Shown: positions 24,176 to 31,506 of the stretch, piece by piece
Layout of the letters: each line of letters opens with the position of its first letter
Numbering within the stretch: the first letter of the stretch is position 1
Made by a program: the position numbers and the translations under genes
The notes under the pieces: generated by a model
What the model was told of the DNA's origin: nothing
The model's database searches: none
Seen by the model: only the letters and a program-made list of their open reading frames with translations
From: Chloroflexota bacterium
GTDB taxonomy: Bacteria > Chloroflexota > Anaerolineae > Anaerolineales > Villigracilaceae
Direction: 5' to 3'
Assembly: GCA_016235425.1 (NCBI GenBank)
Contig: JACRLC010000064.1
Span: 6,242-38,241 of the forward strand
Length of the DNA stretch: 32,000 bases

Positions 24176-24499
24176 TTAGACGTGGGGAGTGACTTTCGCG
24201 ACCAGCTTGTCCTTCGGCTGGAAGCCTGTGATACGCTCCTTGACTTCGCCGCCCTTGAACAGCATCAGCGTGGGAATGCCCATCACGCCATATTGCATCA
24301 TGATGTTCGGGTTCTGGTCGGCATCCAGTTTCACCACCTTGACCCTGCCATCCCATTCCACCGCCAACTGCTTGACAATCGGGTCAATCATCTTGCAGGG
24401 CTGGCACCATACCGCAGTGAAATCAACCAGCACAGGCAGGTTGGATTGGATGACTTCGTCTTGAAAATCAGATTCGGTTACATATTGCATTTCAGCCAT
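24176..24499 (-). CDS. trxA: thioredoxin
   Basis: GGAGGC RBS. MAEMQYVTESDFQDEV..VLVDFTAVWCQPCKMI..KLDADQNP..GIPTLMLFKGG, with a WCQPC active-site variant. Confidence 0.9.
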   Translation of the reverse strand: MAEMQYVTESDFQDEVIQSNLPVLVDFTAVWCQPCKMIDPIVKQLAVEWDGRVKVVKLDADQNPNIMMQYGVMGIPTLMLFKGGEVKERITGFQPKDKLVAKVTPHV

Positions 24500-24545
24500 T
24501 TTTGCCTCCGGGGTGTTAGATGCGGCGTGTTCCGCCGCTATTACG

Positions 24546-24574
24546 TTGACGGTAATATTTTCGCGTGATAGAAT
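24546..24574 (+). promoter_or_regulatory. sigma70-type promoter for tRNA-Lys
   Basis: TTGACG, 17-nt spacer, TAGAAT, ending 18 nt before the tRNA. Confidence 0.6.
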
Positions 24575-24592
24575 GCAGTCCGCTTGATTTAT

Positions 24593-24664
24593 GGGCGCGT
24601 AGCTCAATGGCAGAGCAGTGGCCTTTTAAGCCATTGGTTGAGAGTTCGAATCTCTCCGCGCTCA
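24593..24664 (+). tRNA. tRNA-Lys (TTT)
   Basis: Acceptor GGGCGCG/CGCGCTC, anticodon loop CTTTTAA, T-loop TTCGAAT. Confidence 0.85.
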
Positions 24665-24670
24665 CCTTCC

Positions 24671-24700
24671 AAATCCTCCCGCATGGGAGGATTTTTTGTT
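24671..24700 (+). terminator. rho-independent terminator after tRNA-Lys
   Basis: aaatcctccc-gcat-gggaggattt followed by a T-run. Confidence 0.7.
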
Positions 24701-24775
24701 TAAGTAATCATCCGCGTTGAGCGTAGTCGAAACGCTGATTTTGATGGGCCTGTCCTTCGGCTGTGGAACCTCGAC

Positions 24776-25228
24776 TTACACCCGGCTCCTCCGCTCAGGA
24801 CGAAGAGTCAACATCTCCATCAGACCATCGGGATAAAGCGGGGATTGGGGATTGAATTCATCGAGACGTTTCCACAGCACTTTGAACTGACTGCCATCCG
24901 CTTCGGTCGCGGACATTTGAGCCTGATCATACAACCCGGAGTTGACCAGCCTCCCGTCATAGACCTGCACGATCTGGTGGCCGGGATCATCATTGGATAT
25001 GTAGATGTTTTCAAGTGTGCCGAGATAATGAAGGTTGGCAATTTCCCCGCCAAGTTCTTCTTTGATTTCGCGGCGAACCGTGTCTTCCGAGTATTCACCA
25101 AATTCGATCCCGCCGCCGAGGGGGCGGTAGTAGGTCTGTTTTTTGGCAGGGTCGTAAGCTTCGAAAACGAGGATTTTATCTTCGTTGCGAAAGACGCAGA
25201 TGGCAATCGGACGGATTTTGTTTTGCAT
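24776..25228 (-). CDS. NUDIX hydrolase
   Basis: GGGIEFGEYSEDTVRREIKEELG is the Nudix box. GGAGGGA RBS. Confidence 0.85.
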   Translation of the reverse strand: MQNKIRPIAICVFRNEDKILVFEAYDPAKKQTYYRPLGGGIEFGEYSEDTVRREIKEELGGEIANLHYLGTLENIYISNDDPGHQIVQVYDGRLVNSGLYDQAQMSATEADGSQFKVLWKRLDEFNPQSPLYPDGLMEMLTLRPERRSRV

Positions 25229-25236
25229 GTTCCCTC

Positions 25237-25271
25237 CAAAAAGCAGGGCGAATTGGCAATTCGCCCTGCTT
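25237..25271 (-). terminator. miaB terminator (14-bp perfect stem)
   Basis: aagcagggcgaatt-ggc-aattcgccctgctt, with a T-run on the minus strand. Confidence 0.6.
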
Positions 25272-25273
25272 GG

Positions 25274-26626
25274 TTACAGTGAAATTAAGGCAGGTTGCTT
25301 TTGCGAGTGTACTCCCGCGAGCGTCGCCTGCATGGACCACGGCCCCGTCCATGTAACGGTGACGTTGAGCAGTTGGCCGCGTAAATCCTCGTCCGATTCG
25401 ACGAAGACGAGTTTGTTGGTGGGAGTGCGGCCGCGCCAGCGTCCCTTTACTTTTTCCTCGAAGAGGACTTCCACCTGCTGGCCGAGATATTTCGTGTTGA
25501 TCTCGCCGACGACTTCCTCCTGCAATTCTTCGAGCAGGCGGAAGCGGCGCATTTTTTCGTCGTCGGTCACGTTATCGTCCATGCGGCGGGTGGCAACGGT
25601 ACCCTCTCGAACGGAGTAGCGTGCCAGATGAGCGACATCCAGCTTGAGGTCCGATAAGACGCGGTAGGTTTGCATGAATTGTTCGTCGGTCTCGCCGGGG
25701 AATCCGACGATGATGTCCGTGGCGATGGAACAGTCCGGCAGTTTGGTGCGGATCTTGGCTACGAGGCCGCGATAATCCTGCTGGGTATAGCCGCGCTTCA
25801 TGTTGGCGAGCACTTCATCATCGCCTGCCTGGATGGGGAGTTCGATGTGAGGCATGACGCGGGGAAGTTCGGCGATGGCTTCGATGAGATCGGCGTCGAA
25901 ATAGTTGGGATGCGAGGTCAGGAAGCGGATGCGCTTGATGCCCTCGACTTCGTGAATGAGGCGCAGGAGGCCGGCGAGGTTGGGGCCGTCGGGGACATCC
26001 TTGCCGTAGCGGTCAACGATCTGGCCGAGGAGCGTGATTTCCTTGACGCCCTGCCTGGCGAGCGAACGGACTTCGCCGACGATGTCGCCGACGGGACGGC
26101 TGCGCTCGATGCCGCGTTTGTAGGGGATGATGCAGAAAGCACAGGCGTGCGAACAGCCATAGACGATGGGCACGTGCGCGCTGATGAGTTTATCTTGCTC
26201 GGCGGCAGGCAGGATGAGTTCGTCGTCCATCATCAGGAAGCGGCGGGCGGTTTCGGCGTTTTCGAGTGAATGGACTTCGCCCTGTGTGAGATGCGAGATG
26301 AGTGGGCCGGGGTCGGAGGGCGGGGAGAAGACGTCCACGTAGGGCAGCTTCTCTTTGAGCTTTTCTGCACCGCGCACGCCGACCATGCATCCCATCAGGT
26401 TGATGATGAGATTCGGGTTTTGCTGCTTGAGCGGGCGCAGCGAACTCAGGCGTCCATAGGCTTTGTCTTCGGCAGACTGGCGCACGACACAGGTGTTGAG
26501 GACGATGATATCCGCTTCTTCGGGTTTATCGGTAAAAGAGTAGCCCAAATGCTCCAACGACGAGCCGACGCGTTGCGAGTCGGCCACGTTCATTTGACAG
26601 CCTTCGGTCCAGATGTGGTATTTCAT
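25274..26626 (-). CDS. miaB: tRNA-i6A37 methylthiotransferase MiaB
   Basis: The N-terminal UPF0004 domain has CQMNVADS. Radical-SAM motif CSHACAFCIIPYKRG. C-terminal TRAM domain. Confidence 0.9.
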   Translation of the reverse strand: MKYHIWTEGCQMNVADSQRVGSSLEHLGYSFTDKPEEADIIVLNTCVVRQSAEDKAYGRLSSLRPLKQQNPNLIINLMGCMVGVRGAEKLKEKLPYVDVFSPPSDPGPLISHLTQGEVHSLENAETARRFLMMDDELILPAAEQDKLISAHVPIVYGCSHACAFCIIPYKRGIERSRPVGDIVGEVRSLARQGVKEITLLGQIVDRYGKDVPDGPNLAGLLRLIHEVEGIKRIRFLTSHPNYFDADLIEAIAELPRVMPHIELPIQAGDDEVLANMKRGYTQQDYRGLVAKIRTKLPDCSIATDIIVGFPGETDEQFMQTYRVLSDLKLDVAHLARYSVREGTVATRRMDDNVTDDEKMRRFRLLEELQEEVVGEINTKYLGQQVEVLFEEKVKGRWRGRTPTNKLVFVESDEDLRGQLLNVTVTWTGPWSMQATLAGVHSQKQPALISL

Positions 26627-26801
26627 AGGACGCAGATTATACCAATTATCATGTTACTGCGAGCGAAACGAAGCAGTCCCCTCGCTCACCGGGAGATTGC
26701 TTCCCTGGCCTGGTGCCAGCCTGTCCTGGACGGACAGTCCAGGGTGCAGGCGGGCTTCGCCCTCGCAATGACATACGGTTATGGTAAAATCTTTCCCGCC
26801 T

Positions 26802-26889
26802 GGAGGGATGGCCGAGCGGCTGAAGGCGCATGTCTTGAAAACATGTTTGGGTCACACCAACGTGGGTTCGAATCCCACTCCCTCCGCCA
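26802..26889 (+). tRNA. tRNA-Ser (TGA), CCA encoded
   Basis: Acceptor GGAGGGA/TCCCTCC, anticodon loop CTTGAAA, long variable arm, T-loop TTCGAAT. Confidence 0.85.
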
Positions 26890-26923
26890 GGTACATTTAC
26901 GATTGACGATTTTGGATTTCAGA

Positions 26924-26953
26924 TTGACAATCGTAAATCGTCAATCGTATAAT
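26924..26953 (+). promoter_or_regulatory. consensus promoter for tRNA-Ser(GCT)
   Basis: TTGACA, 18-nt spacer, TATAAT, ending 13 nt before the tRNA. Confidence 0.6.
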
Positions 26954-26966
26954 CGTAAATCGTTAT

Positions 26967-27056
26967 GGGGAGGTGCCAGAGTGGCTGAATGGGCTCGCCT
27001 GCTAAGTGAGTGCCGGGGTAACTCGGTCGCGGGTTCGAATCCCGCCCTCCCCGCCA
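26967..27056 (+). tRNA. tRNA-Ser (GCT), CCA encoded
   Basis: Acceptor GGGGAGG/CCTCCCC, anticodon loop CTGCTAA, long variable arm, T-loop TTCGAAT. Confidence 0.85.
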
Positions 27057-27060
27057 CAGG

Positions 27061-27096
27061 AACACGCTCGGTTTTCGGGCGTGTTTTCTTTTTCGG
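27061..27096 (+). terminator. rho-independent terminator after tRNA-Ser(GCT)
   Basis: A 10-bp stem aacacgctcg/cgggcgtgtt followed by ttctttttc. Confidence 0.65.
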
Positions 27097-27123
27097 TCAC
27101 GCGTCCCCACAGGGGGGATGATA

Positions 27124-27147
27124 TTCGAATCCCGCCCTCCCCGCCAC
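27124..27147. repeat. 24-bp duplicate of the tRNA-Ser(GCT) 3' end
   Basis: TTCGAATCCCGCCCTCCCCGCCAC is identical to 27034-27057. Confidence 0.75.
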
Positions 27148-27167
27148 TTTCGGATGCTTCGCAGCAG

Positions 27168-28382
27168 CTATTTCTTTTTCCACTCGGGTTTATAGAATGG
27201 CAATTTAACGACGCGGGCAGGCGCATGTTGACGATGGTGTTCCACCGTAATTTCCATTCTCACATTCGCTCCAACCACCCCCCCTTCAGGGATTTCATAA
27301 TACGGCTTCTGCAAATGCGCCAGCGCAATGTACTTCTTCAGCAACGGCGACCACGTTGACGTGGACGCATATCCCACCTGCACATTCCCCACCAACACAG
27401 GCAGACTCGCCCGCACCGCCATGCCAGGGATTTGCGGCGGCAAGCCAACTTCGGCAAACAACTTCTCCATGCCCACCCAATCCACTTCCAACCCAACCAG
27501 CTTCCACGCCGAGCCTTCCTGCTTCTCGCGTTCCAGCGCGCGGCGTCCCACAAAATAACCTGGCTTATCGAGGTTCACCGTCCAGTCGAGTCCCAACTCG
27601 AACGGCGACGACTTCTGCGGCTCGATCCACGCGTGGCTCGCGGACGTGTAATCCACTTCGATCATGAACAGTCCCGCCTCCACGCGCGCCATGTCCATGG
27701 CGAGAATGCCCACGGGGGTGATTCCGTAATCGGCGCCCGCGTCCATCAACAGGTCCCAGACGCGAAGCGCATGTTCGGCATCCATCCAAATTTCGTAGCC
27801 CAAGTCGCCCGTGTAGCCCGTGCGCGAAATCGTGACGGGGATCCCATCCATTTTGTTTTGCATGAGACGGAAATATTTCAGCCCGTCCACATCGGACTCA
27901 CAAACCCGCTTCAAAACGGACCTCGAGTTGGGTCCCTGAAAACTGAGCGCCGCCACGCTGTCAGTGACTTCCGTGATCCCCACGTCCAGGCCGACCGCGT
28001 TCATCGAAAGCCAGCGCAGGTTCGGGTCCGCGGACGTGAGGCGGAACGTGGACTCATCCAGCCGCGAGACGGTGCCATCGTCGATCATCTTGCCGTCGTC
28101 GTCGCACCAGCCTGTGTAATAGACCTGACCCACGCTCATCTTCTGGATGTTCCGCGTGGTGACTCGGTCGAGCAAGCGCGCCGCACCGCGTCCATTGATG
28201 ATGTACTTCATCAACGGTGAGACGTCGATCAACGCCGCCGAATTGCGGATCGCCCAATACTCGCGGTCGAGCGTCAACTCGTATGAGCCAGCAGCCAAAT
28301 ACCCCGCCCATCGCCGCCAGTTTTGCGGGAGGCAAAGTTTGGATGTTCGTTCGTGGAAGGGGGTGTGTCGGAGTTGAAGCAT
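27168..28382 (-). CDS. aminomethyltransferase (GcvT) family protein
   Basis: 404 aa. AALIDVSPLMKYIINGRGAARLLDRVTTRNI, YTGWCDDDGKMIDDGTV and ISRTGYTGDLGYEIW follow the GcvT/DmdA-type folate-binding pattern. Confidence 0.75.
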   Translation of the reverse strand: MLQLRHTPFHERTSKLCLPQNWRRWAGYLAAGSYELTLDREYWAIRNSAALIDVSPLMKYIINGRGAARLLDRVTTRNIQKMSVGQVYYTGWCDDDGKMIDDGTVSRLDESTFRLTSADPNLRWLSMNAVGLDVGITEVTDSVAALSFQGPNSRSVLKRVCESDVDGLKYFRLMQNKMDGIPVTISRTGYTGDLGYEIWMDAEHALRVWDLLMDAGADYGITPVGILAMDMARVEAGLFMIEVDYTSASHAWIEPQKSSPFELGLDWTVNLDKPGYFVGRRALEREKQEGSAWKLVGLEVDWVGMEKLFAEVGLPPQIPGMAVRASLPVLVGNVQVGYASTSTWSPLLKKYIALAHLQKPYYEIPEGGVVGANVRMEITVEHHRQHAPARVVKLPFYKPEWKKK

Positions 28383-28561
28383 AATATAACCTTGTTATTG
28401 TCGTTTCGCCGAAATATAGCATAGAATCCTGAAAACGAACCCTCACATAGTGCAACTCGAACAATCAGGGGCACTGCGGTTGCGCAGTAAAAATTCGGCT
28501 TAAACAAACGGGGGATTTTGTGCTAAAGTAGGGACATCACTGTCACCAAAGGGAAACGGCT

Positions 28562-28621
28562 ATGGCAGAAACAGACTTCAAATGCGATGTTTTCATCGCC
28601 TACAGCCACAAGGATAGATAG
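28562..28621 (+). pseudogene. 19-codon stub with TIR-domain N-terminal signature
   Basis: MAETDFKCDVFIAYSHKDR then TAG. DVFIAYSHKD is the canonical first strand and loop of bacterial TIR domains. The ORF stops 2 nt before the next start codon. Confidence 0.45.
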
Positions 28622-28623
28622 CT

Positions 28624-29292
28624 ATGCCTACAAGCGAAAAAATAGTTTTTCTGTTCGGCTCTGGTATATCAATTCCAGCAGAATTGCCTTCAACGGAGGA
28701 TATAACTCAGATCCTTCTTCGTGGCGAAGGGATAGTCCGCGCCACAGACGGAACGTATTATCTCGGTGATAGTCAATCTGGATACAATCTGACCGACGAA
28801 TATGTTCCAAGAGTCAAGGCATTTCTTGAAAGGATAAAACTTGAAATTGACGCCTTTTACCCTGAAGACTCGCACGAGACAAACTATGAAGATTTCTATT
28901 ATATGGCGTCACAAATTAGAGATTGCGAGGATGGGGAGTATGATAATCCAGCAATCAAGCCATTAATTGACAAGATTTATCCTGACATAAAACCACTTCT
29001 CGATAAACGAGAAAATGATACACATTATGACTGGACATTGCTTGATCTTGCCGCTGAATCAGCCAATTGTATTCGTGATGTGGTATGGCGTTGTTTGTTA
29101 CGAGTCTCAAAACGCCTTGACCATCTTCAACTCATTAAGCGCCGTATTTGTCTACCAATTGGCAACTCTCTATTGCCATCTGCACAACCTGGACTTGCGT
29201 CTCGGTCTCAAAGTTCTCGTCAAAGCCGCATAAGATTTATGTCCAGGCCTCATTTATTGGAAAAGTGCAATAGGAGAGGAAAGATGTATTAA
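28624..29292 (+). CDS. SIR2-like (DHS-like NAD-binding) protein, probably decayed or truncated at the C-terminus
   Basis: KIVFLFGSGISIPAELPS is the GxGxS motif of the SIR2_2 family. The last 50 or so residues (ICLPIGNSLLPSAQPGLASRSQSSRQSRIRF) look out of frame. A TTNYD-like STNWQ string appears in another frame near 29150. The DNA here is AT-rich. Confidence 0.45.
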   Translation: MPTSEKIVFLFGSGISIPAELPSTEDITQILLRGEGIVRATDGTYYLGDSQSGYNLTDEYVPRVKAFLERIKLEIDAFYPEDSHETNYEDFYYMASQIRDCEDGEYDNPAIKPLIDKIYPDIKPLLDKRENDTHYDWTLLDLAAESANCIRDVVWRCLLRVSKRLDHLQLIKRRICLPIGNSLLPSAQPGLASRSQSSRQSRIRFMSRPHLLEKCNRRGKMY

Positions 29293-29409
29293 AGTGAATA
29301 TGATTTATACACTCCAAATTGCGCGCTTTGTCACGCTGATTTGTGACGCCTGTCACTGGCAGTAATGTCTGACATCCTTTAAACTGTGAGCATTAGTCAG
29401 GAGATTGAT

Positions 29410-29628
29410 ATGGCAGAGCGAACCTGGCAGGTACAACAGATCAAGTATTGTGAACGTGTAGGCCACGAGATCGCGCTTGAAAATGAAGTAGTGTACCCCG
29501 CCGAACATCTGCCCGATCAACCGCCCCGCATCATCGCCCATCGCTGTTCCAACGCCATCGAATGTAACATGATTGATAAAGCTTCCTGCGCCGTGTGCGG
29601 CACAAACCCTGACGTTGACTTTGTGTAA
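29410..29628 (+). CDS. small Cys-rich protein (72 aa)
   Basis: AGGAG RBS. Five Cys residues, including a terminal CAVC pair. No family recognised. Confidence 0.5.
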   Translation: MAERTWQVQQIKYCERVGHEIALENEVVYPAEHLPDQPPRIIAHRCSNAIECNMIDKASCAVCGTNPDVDFV

Positions 29629-29741
29629 AAGCGGGCATTCCTCCGAATTGCCCCTTACAAACTCTCTCTCCTCCCTCTGAGTTGGTCTTTGGCTGTCCCG
29701 CGAGCGATCGCGGGATATGCCGTTAAAATGGCGTCCGCCTG

Positions 29742-30716
29742 TTAAATTGAAACCTGCTCACCGCTGTGCGACGGGTTGTATCCGTGAAGCAGGTTGAGGT
29801 CGTTGCGGAAGGAGGCAGTTTGCAGGTAATCAAGCAGTGGGGAAAGGGATTTTTCATTCTCCTGCGGTAAAACAAGATCGTAGCGTTCTTCAAAGAGCGG
29901 AATGAAATCAAGGTTATGCAGGTGCGCCGCGGCTTGCAGTCCGAGGGACACGTCCGCTTTACCTGCTTCAATCAACGCGGCAGCCTCACTATGAGTTTTG
30001 ACCGCTACGTCATAGCCGTTGACTTTATTTGCGGGAATGCCCAGCTTTCTGAGCTGACCATCGATCCACAAACGCGTCCCTGAACCGGCGTTGCGGTTCA
30101 CAAAGCGGACATTGGCATTTGCGAGGTCGGCAACCCTCTTGATGCCTTTGGGATTGCCGGATGTGAGCATGAGTCCCTGCGTGCGATAGGCAAGGGTGAC
30201 AATTTCAACGTCACGGTCCGGGAAGAAATGACGTACGAAAGGCGTGTTGTATTCGCCGCTTTCATCCAAAAGGTGCGATCCCGAAATCTGGCACAGTCCC
30301 TGGCGCAAGTTGACCAGGCCATCCAGCGAACCGACCGGCATGTTCAATAATGTGACGTGCTTTTCGAGATGTTCTGCGATGCCTTCCAAAGCAAGATCGT
30401 GACTGCCGGAAAAGATAAGCGCGGGCTTCCTGCCTTTCGGCAGGATGGTCTCCTGTAGGAGGAATCCAGCGGCTTTGGCGCGGTAGAACTTTTCCGTCAC
30501 CTTGCCCATTTTACGGATCTCGGCCACTTCGATCAGGTCCGCGGATTCAAGCGCGAGGATGTGGTGACGTATCCATGCCGGGGACCGCTTCAAGGTCCGC
30601 GCGAGATGCGTGAGCGTGGCGGGGGAATCCATCAGCAGGCGGAGAATGTCCATGCGGCGGGAGTCCGCGAGGATTTTTATCTGTTCAAAACTTTGAATGG
30701 GATGAACGTTTTTCAT
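29742..30716 (-). CDS. ArsR-type HTH regulator fused to a periplasmic-binding-protein-like domain
   Basis: The N-terminal ILADSRRMDILRLLMDSPATLTHLARTLKRSPAWIRHHILALESADLI is a winged HTH. The C-terminal segment of about 220 aa is PBP-like (molybdate/tungstate-type fold, by pattern). Confidence 0.75.
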   Translation of the reverse strand: MKNVHPIQSFEQIKILADSRRMDILRLLMDSPATLTHLARTLKRSPAWIRHHILALESADLIEVAEIRKMGKVTEKFYRAKAAGFLLQETILPKGRKPALIFSGSHDLALEGIAEHLEKHVTLLNMPVGSLDGLVNLRQGLCQISGSHLLDESGEYNTPFVRHFFPDRDVEIVTLAYRTQGLMLTSGNPKGIKRVADLANANVRFVNRNAGSGTRLWIDGQLRKLGIPANKVNGYDVAVKTHSEAAALIEAGKADVSLGLQAAAHLHNLDFIPLFEERYDLVLPQENEKSLSPLLDYLQTASFRNDLNLLHGYNPSHSGEQVSI

Positions 30717-30783
30717 GGTTGCTAAAGAAAAACTTAATCGCGAGTTTACAGGCGAATTGAACAGGTGTCAAGCGAATTTTTAT

Positions 30784-30812
30784 TTGACATGCTTCCCTGC
30801 CCATGATATAAA
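30784..30812 (+). promoter_or_regulatory. promoter upstream of the SAM riboswitch
   Basis: TTGACA, 17-nt spacer, TATAAA, ending 21 nt before the P1 helix. Confidence 0.6.
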
Positions 30813-30833
30813 ACGCAAATAATTGACGGAAGA

Positions 30834-31061
30834 CTCATCCAGAGAGGCTGAGGGACCGACCCTTTGACGCCTCGGCAACCGGTGTTAGTCGTCTAGTCTG
30901 ATAGTCAACTAGTCTTGTAGTCAGATAGCCATGAGACTACGAGACCATGCGGCCAAAAGACCACAAGACTTATTACGGTGCCAATTTCGGCAGACAGATG
31001 TCTGGGAGATGAGAGATGACTTTGTATGAAATGTCGCCTCTCATTGCGAGAGGCGATTTTG
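30834..31061 (+). promoter_or_regulatory. SAM-I (S-box) riboswitch with intrinsic terminator expression platform
   Basis: P1 is CTCATC/GATGAG. Core strings AGAGAGGCTGAGGGA, GCAACC, GGTGCCAATTTCGGCAGA and GAGATGAGAG are present. Terminator tcgcctctc-attgc-gagaggcga-tttt at 31034-31060. The antiterminator would pair gatgagag with ctctcat. Confidence 0.8.
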
Positions 31062-31077
31062 TTGCAGGTGTGAATTT

Positions 31078-31416
31078 ATGGAAATCGGCGAAACACTTTA
31101 CGTGACTGCCCGCGGTGAATTTCGCAAGTGGCTTCAGAAGAATCACAAAACCAGGAAAGAGATTTGGTTGATTCAATACAAGAAAGCCGCGAAGAAGCCG
31201 TCCATCAATTATGTGGAAGCGGTGGAGGAAGCCATCTGCTTCGGCTGGATCGATGGATTCGAAAAAGGCATGGATGCGGAACGCTACGCCACGCGCTTCT
31301 CACCGCGGCGACCAAAGTCCAATTGGACGGAGACGAACAAGGAACGCGCGAGGAAGATGATCGCGGCAGGAAAAATGACCGAGGCTGGCCGCGCGGCCCT
31401 GCCGAAAGACATTTAA
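31078..31416 (+). CDS. YdeI/OmdA-like family protein
   Basis: FRKWLQKNH..EIWLIQYKK..SINYVEAVEEAICFGWIDG..RFSPRRPKSNWTETNK..MIAAGKMTEAG matches the YdeI/OmpD-associated family pattern as remembered. Confidence 0.65.
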   Translation: MEIGETLYVTARGEFRKWLQKNHKTRKEIWLIQYKKAAKKPSINYVEAVEEAICFGWIDGFEKGMDAERYATRFSPRRPKSNWTETNKERARKMIAAGKMTEAGRAALPKDI

Positions 31417-31506
31417 CCGCGAAGACTGCAAAGATCGCGAAGAAAACAGAAAGGATGTCTTCGCGTGCTTAGTGGTTCCAGGATTGTTGTGAAACTTTGG
31501 AGTATT

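Noticed and set aside
26270-27121. A 283-aa plus-strand ORF spanning the miaB 5' end and both tRNA-Ser genes.
   Set aside because: It reads straight through two tRNA genes, a promoter and a terminator, so it cannot be coding.
30884-30972. The periodic repeat was considered as a CRISPR array or microsatellite.
   Set aside because: The 8-nt period is far too short for CRISPR repeat-spacer units. The units are not identical, as they would be in a microsatellite. The tract sits inside a recognisable riboswitch helix and its two halves are complementary.
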